A stretch of 64,000 bases of DNA from Octopus sinensis (GCF_006345805.1 NC_043008.1:62744001-62808000); one strand, 5' to 3'. Numbered from the stretch's first letter, positions 12,793 through 25,100 are shown. Numbers and translations: made by a program. Notes: generated from the sequence alone by a model not told the origin.

Positions 12793-13190
12793 TTACTCTT
12801 TTACTCTATTACTTGTTTCAGCCATTTTAGTATGGTCATGCTGGAGTACCGCCTTTTATTTGATGAAATTGATCCCTGGAATTTTTCTTTGTAGGCCTGG
12901 TGCTTATTCTATTGATATATTCTGCTGAACAGCTAAGTTACAGGGATGTAAACGCACCAACATCTGTTTCTAGGCAATGGTGGGGAAACAAACACAGACA
13001 CAAATACACACACGTAAATATATATATAAGACAGACTTCTTTCAGTTTTCGTCAACCAAATCCACTGACATGGCTTTGGTTGGCTGAAGACTATAGTAGA
13101 AGAAACTTACCGAAGGTGCCATGCAGTGGAAGTGAACCTGGAACCATGTGGTTGGGAAGGAAACTTCTTAGTACACAGCTATGTCCATGT
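12793..13190 (-). mobile_element. SINE family A, near full length
   Basis: Diverged head, ggtaagtttcttctactatag-like core and (gagtaaaa) tail on minus. Confidence 0.8.
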
Positions 13191-13202
13191 CTATATATAT
13201 AT

Positions 13203-13245
<43 letters not shown>

Positions 13246-13308
13246 TATATGCATATATATATATGCATACTTATATATATATATATATACATATATATAT
13301 TTATACAT

Positions 13309-13349
13309 ACTAGCATTATGACCCAGCAACAACAGGTTATAGAGCTAGT
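13309..13349. repeat. Second copy of the CTAG-ended hairpin
   Basis: actagcattatgacccagcaacaacaggttatagagctagt. Confidence 0.6.
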
Positions 13350-14650
13350 TTTGTGCTAAATCCCTTTCTTTCTTTCCGGAAATTATGTTCACCTTTCCAT
13401 TGCATATGTTTTTTAATGTGTTTGACTGAGCCTCTGCAGATTCTGAGCCCATCCAGAGGTACAGCTCCACTAGGTAATTAATCATTGCAAATTTGGCGGC
13501 TTTGTTGAAGATGAAGGGGGAGCATGTTAGAAAATCAATAAAGATTACCATGAAAGCAAACCTTCATCAACAAAATGAAATGAATAATCAGGGCTGACAA
13601 TGTTCTCAGATTTCCTAGCGAGCAGAAAAATGTGACTGGAAATTAATTAGCATCTCAATTTTCATTCGTATCTCAAAACACAAAAGCATGAAATTTCACT
13701 TAAGAAAATCTTTGTATCTTAGGTCATTCGTACCTCAAGTTAGGGCTAAAAAAAAAACAGGTTGCAGTCAATTTCAATGTGGAAACCCACAAGGAATAGT
13801 TTTATTGGGTTTCCACTGATTGATTGGCAATTTTGGTAAACTCAAATCAAATTAAGATTTCTTGCCCCAAAAGGATCACCTTGATAACTTTATGCCCCTG
13901 CTTTGTAGGTAGCAAATGATTCAATCTTAGGCTGAATACAAACAACTAAACGTTTTTTATGAAAATCCCTTGGGGTGGGGTCAACTTACCCATTTTTCAT
14001 TTTTAATCCTACTTGAATAAAACATCCTGCGCTCTCGCTGGATAACTTAAATTAACCGAAGGCATAAAAGTAAAGCCCTTCCTAAATAGATTCATTGAAT
14101 AGGCTCCAATTCTTTCATGGCAGACTTAAGGAATGATAGCTTATCAAGCCTATTTGGTCTTTCATGAAAATCCCGCTCTCTTGTCATTCACTTGGTCTAA
14201 CTCATTAATTATTCCCTGCATTTCTCAAATCAAAAAAGTATGCATGTTTGAAAGCCAGAACACATGATAATGCATCTTCGCAAAACACAAAATTGCGCTG
14301 AGCCATACAGACTATCTGCAAATGCACATGCGCATTCAACTGTCAAGGGTAAAATTATCTCCATCCAATCAAAAACCAGCTGGCAGTCGATTGGTGTATC
14401 TAGCTGTATGCTCTCACCGCATACAAATTTCTATGTTTTAGCGATTTTGAATGGATATGCCTATAACTTATGAACATAGGGGGTCGGTTTATCGATTTCT
14501 GTAATGGCATTCTGGGGTGACTGGGGAAATGAAAAGATCTTCAAGACCACCCTCAGACAGTTTTGAAAGCCCATAGAAAATGCGAGCCTTTTACGTGAAA
14601 AACTGTGGATTTGTATAAAGGATACACAGACACACAGACATTTTGCCATT

Positions 14651-14681
<31 letters not shown>

Positions 14682-14831
14682 ATATATATATATAATATAT
14701 ATATTATATATATATATATATATATACATACATATATATATACATATATATATATACACATATATGCATATTTATGTGCACATATATATATATACATATA
14801 CACTCACATATACATATATATATGTATATAT

Positions 14832-15020
14832 ATTTATTTTATAGAAGGAGCTTCTACAGGACTAGAACTGTTTCATTCAAATAAGCTTCCTGATGATTTC
14901 ATTTGAATAAAACAGTTCTAGTCCTGTAGAAGCTCCTTCTATAAAATAAATTAATTTACTCTGCTATGTATTGAGTACCTTATTTACTGTGGTTAACCCC
15001 AACTCAACCCGGGACCTACA

Positions 15021-15025
<5 letters not shown>
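14832..15025 (+). mobile_element. Penelope-like fold-back element (family of 6170)
   Basis: Same arms as 6170 and 6396 but retains central aagcttcctgatgatttcatttgaat. Confidence 0.75.
14884..14934 (+). ncRNA. Type I HHR fold, G12-to-A mutated in this copy
   Basis: agcttc-CTGATGA-tttcatttgaat-AAAA-cag(ttctagtc)ctg-TA-gaagct. Intact GAAA is preserved in the inverted arm (tttc 14871-14874). Stem II is weak. Confidence 0.55.
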
Positions 15026-15080
<55 letters not shown>

Positions 15081-15359
15081 TATACACATATATACATGCA
15101 TACATATACATACGTACATATACCTACATAGATATATCATAATGAAAGTTATAGAAATAAAACTAATATATATATATAATATATTTTTAAATATATATAT
15201 ATATATACACACCCCAAAATGAAGGTATTAATATTTTCACGATTAAAAGTGAAATTATTGTCTCACATTACAATGGAGATGTTATTGTTTCACTTTTGAC
15301 ACATAAAACTGAATAAGTATAAGAGATAAGAGATTGCATCGGGCTTGCATTAGGCAAAA

Positions 15360-15605
15360 ATTTCAACATTTTGTTTTGGCCCATGTCATTGCATGGACCC
15401 TAAATAAGGCATGTTTAAAATTTGAAAGAAATCGGTTTGGCAGTTCTTGAGTTTTAGTGATGTGTAATGCCATGATGGACCGTGAGGTCTGGCGTAGCAT
15501 GGTAAATTCCATTGTCTTGACCACGGTCGAACAATGATGATGATGATGTGTACATACATACGCACATACAGACAGACACACATTCTCAGTTTTACATATA
15601 TAGAT
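15360..15605 (-). mobile_element. Helitron-like non-autonomous 5' portion
   Basis: Minus strand begins tctatatatgtaaaactgagaatgtgtgtctgtctgt and later has ccgatttctttcaaattt; no clear 3' end. Confidence 0.45.
15467..15543 (+). mobile_element. 77-bp extreme 3' end of an RTE-type LINE, 9-bp TSD
   Basis: Encodes ..MDREVWRSMVNSIVLTTVEQ* plus (tga)n, like 46564-46830; TSD tgatgtgta at 15458-15466 and 15544-15552. Confidence 0.8.
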
Positions 15606-15694
15606 AATAATAAAAAAATACAACAACAAAAGAATGAGACCTTGATATTAGAGAAATAGAGGATTATCTATATATGTCATAATGTAGAACAAAT

Positions 15695-15781
15695 GGGCAT
15701 ATGGCATAGTGGTTAAGAGCGTGGGCTACTAATCCCAAGACTCTGAGTTCGATTCCAGGCAGTGAATAATAATAATAATAA

Positions 15782-15812
<31 letters not shown>

Positions 15813-15870
15813 AAAAAGAAGAAGAAGAAGAAGGAGAAGAAAACAGTAAAACGTTGTCGTTATAGTACTC
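15695..15870 (+). mobile_element. tRNA-headed element (A/B boxes) followed by (TAA)n/(GAA)n; degraded relative of 37372-37882
   Basis: tggcatagtgg A box, gagttcgattcc B box, then gcagtgaataataat and later aaacgttgtcgtta. Confidence 0.65.
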
Positions 15871-17027
15871 AGAGTTTTGAATGTTGGTACGAAGAGTTAT
15901 GATACATTCTCGCCAGCCATAAAAGGCAACAGACACTATGAAAAAACCATTGAATCAAATGGAAGTAACTCTCAAAGGTGGAAAAAGCAAAAGGAAAGAA
16001 AGATGAAAATACATGCAACCGTATTCTCACAACACATAGACATAAACCTCCAGCATTCATAATGTCTACATACGTACACACTAACACAAACATGCATACA
16101 TAAATGTACACGCACACACAAACATATATGTATGTACGTACTTATACATGCAGACATATCCACACATGCACGCACACACATATATATGTGTATATATGTA
16201 CGCAACATCATCTTCATATACATATAGTTGCTTACATGCTTACATGTAGCATAATACATATATATTTATATGTATAAGTATACATATATATATATACATA
16301 CATATCTATATATATACACATATATATATATACATATTACTGACATACATTTGCACTGCTGCATATACACATATATGCGTGTATGTGTGAGTGCAAACAT
16401 ATATCTCTATATTTATATACATATATTTGTACATATGTCTGAATATAAATACGTAAATTTATAGGTATGTCTGTATATATATATACATATATTTATACAC
16501 ATAAAATCTCTCATTTAATAAATCCAAACCATTGCTTGATAAATTCAATTGTAGCTGCTTATTCCTAAAGTGTCAACAAGTGACAGCAAACAAATGAAGT
16601 GTTTGTTTTTTGCTCTTAAATACTGACAGGTAGGCTCCAGCAACCTCAGCCATGTCACGTGGTACTCTCCATCATCCAAAAATAGATCGATAAATATGTA
16701 GTAGCTGGGGTGGGGGTACTGGAGTCTATCACACTATACTGTCATTCAAGCGAAAATGTAGGCTCCAGGACACCTTGTTAAAATCACACACCCTTCTCAT
16801 TGATTGGATGATGGAGTGTATCACCTGACAGTTGGTGAGTTGTGTCAGTATTTAGGGGGGGTGGAGATACATGTCATTCATCATTTGCACAGTGAAGCAG
16901 ACACACACACAAGTTGTACACAATGTTCAAAATGGAAAGAGAGGGGTGGGACAAATGCATGGCAGATAAGATTCATTTGTTAAGATGTTACAAATCTAAG
17001 CCATACAATGATGATGCTGTTGTTGCT

Positions 17028-17411
17028 GCTGTTGCTGTTGCTGTTGATCGAATGGTCTTTGTCCCAGAGCTCGCAAGATGGGTGAAGTCTGAGACGTGGT
17101 CCTTTGCTATTCGTAAGACCCACAGAAGAGAAAGCAGGTCAACCCCTGACACCGAGAGCATCGACGGATGGATGAATGCGCATCCAGGCTCAGCGGTTGC
17201 GTAGGAAGTCGGGGACAAGAAACCGGAAGATAGAGTGAGAGAAAGTTGGAGCGAAAGAGTACAACAGGGGTTGCCACCACCCTCTGCCGGAGCCTCGTGG
17301 AGCTTTAGGTGTTTTTGCTCAATAGACACACACAACGCCCAGTCTGGAAATCGAAACCGCGATCTTCCGACCACAAGTCCGCTGCCCTAACCACTGGGCC
17401 ATTGCGCCTCC
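17028..17411 (-). mobile_element. SINE family D, 13-bp TSD
   Basis: TSD tgctgttgttgct at 17015-17027 and 17412-17424; tRNA head at the right end. Confidence 0.85.
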
Positions 17412-17412
17412 T

Positions 17413-17724
17413 GCTGTTGTTGCTCCAGAAATCATCACTGAAGAAGAAAAACTAGATGAGATCATTCATGACATCTGGCAATCTAAGAAGGAAATTGAAG
17501 GAGATGAAGATGACAATTCCGATTTTGATGTTGATGAAAAAATTCCAGAGCCTCCAACGTCAGCTGAAATGAGACACTATCTCACTCGCTTAGAAAGTGG
17601 CCTTGAATGGTTTGATTTCAGTGACATGAATCCTTTGAGAACTCTTAAGGAAAATATCAGATCAGAGATGCGAACAAAGCATCCAGCAAAGCAAGCAACA
17701 CTCAACAAATTTTTCATTCAATGA
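17413..17724 (+). pseudogene. pogo/Tigger-type transposase C-terminal remnant
   Basis: Open frame AVVAPEIITEEEKLDEII..EGDEDDNSD..PEPPTSAEMRHYLTRLESGL..KQATLNKFFIQ*: acidic tract plus KQxTLxxFF end typical of pogo transposases. Confidence 0.65.
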
Positions 17725-18041
17725 CATTGTTTATAATGTTTTTTATTCATTTATTCACATAGGTATGTATCTTAATAAATAAACATGTTAATTCAATCAG
17801 CTAATTTTGTTCCCTCAGTTAATGAATTCCTCATTTAATAAATCCAAAATAGGTGGTCCCAAGAAGGATTTATATATACAAACACACACACATACACACA
17901 GACACACACACACAAACACACACATACACACTCACATATATAAATTATACCATTTATTCTTTTGAATAATATCAGTGAAATCTTTGAAACATGTCGAAAG
18001 TAAAAGTATTTGATTTATACCTGCGTTAAACTCCATTTGTT

Positions 18042-18102
<61 letters not shown>

Positions 18103-18343
18103 AAATCAATTTATCTGTTGTTGCACTTTTCATTTTGCTCATAGATATTTTATTTATATATATTATACAAAATATTTCATGTAAACCCGAAGTTTCTAAC
18201 TTTAAAAACAAGGAGTTACAGCCTTTTTACTTGTGTGATTTTTTGCTACCCTGGTAACTATTTATCTATTTTTCCGTGTTAATTGTTAACAAGGGAAAAA
18301 TACACACATCTATATATATATATATATATGCATGTATATAAAC

Positions 18344-18392
<49 letters not shown>

Positions 18393-18407
18393 ATAATATA
18401 TATATAT

Positions 18408-18570
18408 ATGATGGGCTTCTTTTAGTTTCCATATTCTAAATCCATTCACAACGCTTTGATTGGCCTGAGGCTATAGTAGAAGATAGTTGCCTTAGGTGGC
18501 ACAGTGGGACTGAACTCAAATCCATGTGTTTGGGAAGTAAGCTTCTTACCACACAAAGATGCCTGCAACT
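18408..18570 (-). mobile_element. SINE family A, 5' half
   Basis: Diverged head and core on minus. Confidence 0.7.
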
Positions 18571-18642
18571 ATATCTATATTTGATATTTCTACATCTCAA
18601 ATCATATGGTCTGGTTTTTATTGTCATAATATTTTGTTCCCC

Positions 18643-19045
18643 GGCATAGCAGTGGCTGTGTGGTAAGTTGATTGCTTACCAACCACATGGTTCCGGGTTC
18701 AGTTCCACTGCGTGGCACCTTGGGCAAGTGTCTTCTGCTATATCCTCAGGCCGACCAAATCCTTGTGAGTGAATTTGGTAGACGGAAACTGAAAGAAGCC
18801 CGTCGTATATATGTATGTATGTGTGTGTGTGTGTGTTTGTGTGTCTGTGTTTGTCCCCACAACATCGCTTGACAACAAATGCTGGTGTGTTTACATTCAT
18901 GTAACTTAGCAGTTCGGCAAAAGAGTCCGATAAAATAAGTACTAGGCTTATGAAAGAACAAGTACTGGGCTCGATTTGCTTGACAAAAGGCAATGCCACA
19001 GTCAAATAACTGAAACAAGTAAAAGATTAAAAGAGTAAAAGAGTA
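18643..19045 (+). mobile_element. SINE family A, full length
   Basis: gtggctgtgtggtaag A box, ggttcagttcc B box, ttgggcaagtgtcttct (CORE-like), internal (TA)(TG), aaagagt tail. Confidence 0.9.
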
Positions 19046-19854
19046 ATCCCACAAAAAGTTTATCTGTAATCAAAATAGACTTGAGGGTCTACAGAAGATA
19101 ATGATATCATTTCATGTACATGATTTGATATCTCAATAAGTTTTTAATATCAAATGATAACAAGAAAGTACGTTTTCTTTTTCTATTGGTCACAACATTT
19201 TGAAGACACGCATATCCAATAATAATAAACATTTCATTTTGATGCTTTAATACAACAGAAGCTCACACTTGCATACATATCAAGCTAAATTCATATAACA
19301 ATTGTGTACATGGACACAATATTATACTGGCTTCATTGTGTAATAACTGCATAAACTTATAAACATTTACATGTATTTTAATTAAAATATTTATTCTGCT
19401 GCTGGTATTTTATATGCATGAATAAGACTGCAGAATTCATCTGTTGTTGCAATTTTCATTTTGCTCATAGATATTTTATTTATTTATATATCTTTTTCTC
19501 GTAGTCGGAAAATATTGAAATTGAATTATTAGTTCTTTCACAATCCTTTATCGATCCACATTTTGCTTGCATTTCATAATCAGAATTATGATGAAAATAC
19601 ATATGAGAAATGTTATTTCAGGATTTAAGATTATTTATTAACAAAATGTGACGAATTCTATGTATGGTATGGATAAGATAGAAATCCTTAGAAGTTTATT
19701 GCTCCATGTTTCATATAAGTTTCTTTGACATATCTATTATATTTTGACAATGTCATCATCTTCACCACCACCAACACCATCCCCACCACTACCAACACCC
19801 TCCGAGTCGGCGTCATCATCATCATCATTATCATCCCTATCACCACCACCACCA

Positions 19855-20082
19855 CCTCTGGCAGAAACATTAGCATGCCGGGCGAAATGCTTAGCGCTAT
19901 TTTGTCTGTCGTTACGTTCTGAGTTCAAATTCCACCGAGGTCGACTTTGTCTTTCATCCGTTCAGGGTTGATAAATTAAGTACCAGTTATGCACTGGGGT
20001 CGATGTAATCGACTTAATTCCTTTGTCAGTCCTTGTTTGTTCCCTCTATATTTAGCCCCCTGTGGGCAATAAAGAAATAAGA
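19855..20082 (+). mobile_element. SINE family B
   Basis: Full core and tail, preceded by (ATC/ACC)n. Confidence 0.85.
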
Positions 20083-20099
20083 AGATCAAAAGCACTCAT

Positions 20100-20402
20100 G
20101 ACTGAATGCTTGTCATAAACTGAAAGAACAGTTGAGAGTTGATGCGGTCCATTTTCTGAAGGTTATCACAGTTATCACTGGTGACGAAAGCTGGTGCTAT
20201 GCAAGTCTTAGATGGTAGAAGTGGTGAAAAAAGAAATGATGGAGACATTAAAAAGCACTATTTTGCAAGAGTTCCGGGATTGCTTTGAATACTGGAAAAC
20301 ATGTATTGACCGATGCATTGCTTCAAATGGAGAATAATTCAAAAGTAATAAAAGTAAATAAGATATTGCAAAATTCTGGTTTCTTTTGGATACCTTCTCA
20401 TA
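20100..20402 (+). mobile_element. Internally deleted mariner relic
   Basis: VITGDESWCY joined to ..EFRDCFEYWKTCIDRCIASNGE; 3' TIR-like ttcttttggataccttctcaTA. Confidence 0.75.
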
Positions 20403-20812
20403 CTCTGGGTGCTACTCAGTGAGACTGAACCCCAAAGCATATGGCTGGAAAATCAAATATTTCATACATACATTACATGAATCAAAGGCATCAACAATAC
20501 AGAATGGATGGATATATTGCCAAAGATACATAGGAAAGCAGAATGTACATATATCACACTTAACCAAGAAGCTCTACAATTTAATCAAAAGTCACAGTTT
20601 TACACTTCCTGGAAAGTTTGGATATCTAAACATGGTAGTAGTTCTTAATATGGGAATATATATTTAGTAATTGATGCAGAATTTTATGGAGAGAATCAGA
20701 TTATTAAGGATTAGAAATTGAAAGATAAATGAAACTGACAATTTCCTGTGAAATTCAAGTATCTCCACTTAATTCTCAACATAGCAGCTAAAATGCTGGA
20801 AAATATGGTGTC

Positions 20813-21034
20813 TCATTCATGGTTACCAATAATTAAAAGACTACCCATCTTCTTTAACAGTTCTGCATATTCTTTTGTGAGTTGTTGGAGCTGTATTAAT
20901 GCCACCATTTTTTTTTTAGAGGAGTTAATATTTACATAAACTTCCTCAAAAATATTGCAAATATTAAATGGAACTATTTCTTTTTTATCCTTGTTCCTTT
21001 GTTGTAGATAACATGTAGAAATTTTATAAAAGGT
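20813..21034 (-). other. 73-codon stop-free frame, possible exon (..VALIQLQQLTKEYAELLKKMG..)
   Basis: Open frame in very AT-rich DNA; possible donor atgg|gtagtc at 20845; no convincing in-frame acceptor. Confidence 0.2.
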
Positions 21035-21447
21035 TTAGATTTTCCTTCTATATTGGTTTTCTATAAGGAATGTAAAATGGTCAGAATGATTGTCAATAAA
21101 TTTTAACACTTTATTAATGAGATGCAGCACGGAATTTTGTTAGTGAACAAGTTGCGGTCTCAAAGCGACGAAAATATTTTGGCAAATTAAATTTAAATGT
21201 TGAAGTGAATCTAACGGTTTTTGTGTGTTTCTTAAATGGCTTATAAACAACTTCCATGCTACAATTGTTTTTGTTCCAGCACGCAATCTCAGATCAGATC
21301 GCTTGCTATGCAAGTACATTTCCGTAACACTTCATTAATGTTTCCTAAATAATATTCTGAAATTTGTATACATCTTTTTTTTTTCTTTTTTTCGTTATAA
21401 CTTCTGGTGATTTAGCTTACATTTTCGTTCAATAATTTCTTTTCCAC

Positions 21448-21653
21448 TCTAGGTACAAGGCCCAAAATTTTTAGAGAGAGGACCAGTCGATTAGATCAAT
21501 CCCAGTCTGCAACTGGTACTTAATTTATCGACCCCGAAAGGATGAAACGCAAAGTCGACCTCAGCGGAATTTGAACTCAGAACGCAAAGACAGACGAAAT
21601 ACCGCTAAGCATTTCACCCGGTGTGCTAACGTTTCTACCAGCTCACCACCTTT
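21448..21653 (-). mobile_element. SINE family B, alternative-tail variant
   Basis: Family B head and core; the + strand tail end reads ctaggtacaaggcccaaaattt. Confidence 0.85.
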
Positions 21654-21759
21654 ACATTCTCTAATCTATCAAACACAATTTACTACTTAAATATACAAAG
21701 ACCAACTGCAGGTAGTAAGTTATGAAACTCTTACATTCTCTCAATTTTCTGTGATTCAG

Positions 21760-21844
21760 ACCAACACATGGTCCCAGCAGACAAAATGAAAAAGACGTTG
21801 CCCTGAATGATGATGATGGAGATGCACTGGAACAGCCACTCTGA
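21760..21844 (+). CDS. Candidate terminal coding exon (PTHGPSRQNEKDVALNDDDGDALEQPL*), unidentified
   Basis: Strong acceptor ttctctcaattttctgtgattcag; unique, higher-GC sequence. Confidence 0.2.
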
Positions 21845-21987
21845 TTCACAGGACTTGCATTTGCAGATAGCCATCTCCACTCCAATAACAGTGAGCAGCA
21901 ACATGGTCTGGGGTCCAAGCATACTGAAGGTCTGCACTGCACCAGGTTCAGCCATAAACCTCTCAGAGAATGAGTGATACTTGATTT

Positions 21988-22360
21988 ATTCTTTTACTCA
22001 TTTTAATCATTTGACTGTGGCCATGCTGGAGAACCACCTTTAGTCGAGCAAATCGACCCCAGGACTTATTCTTTGTAAGCCTAGTACTTATTCTAGCAGT
22101 CTCTTTTGCCAAACCGCTAACCAGCATCGGTTGTTAAGCAATGCTAGGGGGACAAACACAGACACACAAACATACATACACATATATACATATATACGAT
22201 GGGCTTCTTTCAGTTTCCGTCTACCAAATCCACTCACAAGGCTTTGGTTGGCCCAAGGCTATATTAGAAGACACTTGCCCAAGATGCCACGCAGTGGGAC
22301 AGAACTCGGAACCATGTGGTTGGTAAGCAAGCTACTTACCACACAGTCACTCCTGCGCCT
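21988..22360 (-). mobile_element. SINE family A, full length
   Basis: Head ggcgcaggagtgactgtgtggtaag on minus. Confidence 0.9.
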
Positions 22361-23144
22361 ATATTTATGTTGAAATTGTAACCAATATGGTTGTAGTTAA
22401 TGGAATAATTGATTTTCTTATATTAGTATCAGGTAGACTGTCGCAGACTTTCAAGATACCAAGAAGTTATGTGTAGAGAATGAACTACTAAATAACTGTG
22501 TTGAAATAGAAGCTGATTATAGAGTATACTGTTTAAGCGCATCATCCAGACATAGAGGTTTTGTGATGCATAGCTAACAGTTTAGCTGGTTAATTAGTTT
22601 TATAAGGCAGTAACTGCTTTTTTGGATAATTAGTTAATTAGTTAGTTAACAGTTTAGTTGGTTAATTACATTGTTGAGGAAATAAAGCTCTCGGACATGT
22701 GGCAAATGAAGAATTTGCAAGAAGATGGAGTAGAAGTAAGAATCGCAGATAATTGTCTTGGATATTAGTGTTGCTTACAGAGCCCTTTATGTTGAGCAGA
22801 AGAGAAATAATGCTTTTCTTGTAATTAGGTAATCAAGGGGTGAGATTTTCTAGATGTAGAGGAACAAACATTTTCTCAGTATGTTGAATGTTAATACATC
22901 ATGCCATCCTCTCTGTTCTGTAGGTTGTTCACCAAATATTTATTCTTAATATTATTTAAAAGCAATTTTAGATGAATTTTTAATTAGTATGTACTCTTAT
23001 GCTACTGATTATATCTATTCCAATCAGACATTAGGTATTGGTTTATCTTTACTTTCAGAAATTTTTGTTCATTTTCATGTTGCAGTATTCAATTTTTCTA
23101 TAGGGATTAAACTAAATTATTTTTCTCGTTTTACTATAATGAAT

Positions 23145-23287
23145 GTCATATATACATACATACATACATACATACATACATACATACATGTATACATGCA
23201 TATATGCATACATACATACATACATACATGCATACATGCATACATACATGCATGCATACATGCATACATACACACATACATACATAC

Positions 23288-23318
<31 letters not shown>

Positions 23319-23441
23319 CATACATACATACATACATACATACATACATACTTACATACATACATACATACATACATAATACATACTTACATACATACAT
23401 ACATACATTCATACATACATACATACATACACATACATACA
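23145..23441. repeat. (TACA)n microsatellite
   Basis: Seen directly. Confidence 0.95.
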
Positions 23442-23442
23442 T

Positions 23443-23624
23443 GGAAATTAGCTGCCCTGCGGATGTTAACACAAAGCTGAAGATCAGTGAAAAAGATAAC
23501 ACTTATGCTGAACTATTGAGAAATCTACAGTTACTCTATCCAGATTACAAGTTCCAGTTTATACCTGTAATTATTGGGGCCCTGGGATATGTAACGCACT
23601 GCCTAAATATCAATTTTGAGAAAT
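23443..23624 (+). pseudogene. Restriction-like endonuclease fragment of an RLE-class (R4/NeSL-type) non-LTR retrotransposon
   Basis: EISCPADVNTKLKISEKDNTYAELLRNLQLLYPDYKFQFIPVIIGALGYV matches the D/E..P..EK..KY..VIGALG pattern. Confidence 0.75.
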
Positions 23625-24057
23625 CAATGTATGTATGCATGTATGTGTATATATGAATGTGTGTATGTATCCTGGTCTTTCAGGTGGGTGGGGGGAGGGC
23701 ACACTATAGTTTCATATGCAGTGATGTATGCTGTGTATTATAGTAGTCTTGACACATTGCCTTCCCTTCATTAACCAGCAGTCGGTCCTATTTCTGAACT
23801 CTCATAGATTCTCTTGAACTCTCATAAATTTAGCTGCTGACCATAAAACAGAGATGGGCAAAGTGGACTTGGTTATAGTGCAACAATTGCTCTCTACACT
23901 TACTGTTGTTGAGTGTATCTCAATATAATTCTTAGGCTGCTGTAGTTATTTATGTTGGAAATATTTCTATAAGTATGCATTTCTTATTCCATCTGGGCTG
24001 AATTAGAGGCTTCATGTTTTTAGGCCATTATTGTTGTAATAGTGCCTTAAAGGGTTT

Positions 24058-24285
24058 TGCAAGCTGGCAGAAACGTAAGCGCGGCGGGCGAAATGCTTAG
24101 CGGTATTTCATCTGTCGTTACGTTCTGAGTTCAAATTCTGCTGAGGTCGACTTTGCCTTTCATCCATTTGGGGTCGATAAATAAAGTACCAGTTTCACAC
24201 TGGGGTCGATGTAATCGACTTAATCCCTTTGTCTGTCTTGTTTGTCCCCTCTGCGTTTAGCCCTTTGTGGGTAGTAAAGAAATAT
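24058..24285 (+). mobile_element. SINE family B
   Basis: Full head, core and tail. Confidence 0.85.
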
Positions 24286-24559
24286 ATTTGTTTGTATATT
24301 TGAAGATAGACTTCCACACACTGAAAATGGATGTGAGACTTGCGACTTACTATATCAATAAGCTGTGCCCGTTGCATGCACAGTATGGCTTTCATGTTTG
24401 TAACATTTTGGTTTGTATAAAAACTGTCATAACATCTTGTAAACGTCTTGTATTTTCTGTAGTTTACTATCGTTTTTTGTGGTTAAGAACAGTTCATGAT
24501 AAATCTAATATGTTGTTTGTATACCATGGTCATTTTATTTTGTTAACTAAATATGACAT

Positions 24560-25100
24560 CTGTTTTTACTCAAAGTAGGTTTGTGCAATGTTTTTGCTTA
24601 CTTTGTTGTCATCTATGTGAGCTGTGAAAATTGTTGAGGAGTTGTTTTGTCCTCTTTTGTATATGTTGAAGTCAAAGAATGATTACATTTCTCAACAACT
24701 GGGGTTGCTGATTGCGAGGGACACAGTGAAGTTTGTATTTGTTATCTATGGCCACAAATAAGGAACCAAAATGGGGTTTCTCTGAAGGTTTTTATAGTTG
24801 GTCATGTTTGGGAATCGAGCAGAAAAGTGTAATAACTGTTGCATTTGATAAGGCCTTATGGAGGAGGAGCCACAAAACTATAATCCAACTTTCCAGAGAG
24901 GAATGTTCGGAGGTGAAAATGAATTGATGGATGAACATTGTAAGCTGGTAATGGAGCCAAATTCTAGATGGTTTAAATAAAGGTAGAGTTGTAGGTATAC
25001 AGTGAAAAAACTGGGTAATTGGACAGAACCTTGGCAATTCCATTTTATGAAAATGCATGTTCTGAAAGTAATGTTGATGGCATTATAAAAGCTTGGTGGC
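24560..25100 (-). pseudogene. Degraded LINE AP-endonuclease fragment
   Basis: KWNCQG (APE motif I-like) and a downstream DFNI on minus, with many frameshifts. Confidence 0.4.

Larger units (their letters stand above)
16505..17875 (+). mobile_element. Internally deleted pogo/Tigger-like DNA transposon
   Basis: ctcatttaataaatccaaa occurs near both ends; transposase C-terminal remnant at 17413-17724. Confidence 0.45.

Noticed and set aside
13345-14240. Possible Tigger transposase or conserved element
   Set aside because: Only a weak TSGWAQN resemblance; no continuous motif set.
15695-15764. tRNA gene
   Set aside because: A and B boxes are present but there is no complete cloverleaf, and it runs into (TAA)n. 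It is a SINE head, as at 8960.
9562-16464. Many ORFs rich in Y/I/C/V/H/T/M
   Set aside because: Translations of (TA)n, (CA)n and (TACA)n microsatellites; the same applies at 22989-23502, 40061-41884 and 56796-57283.
24320-24420. piggyBac cysteine-rich domain look-alike
   Set aside because: Key cysteines are missing and there is no supporting transposase sequence.
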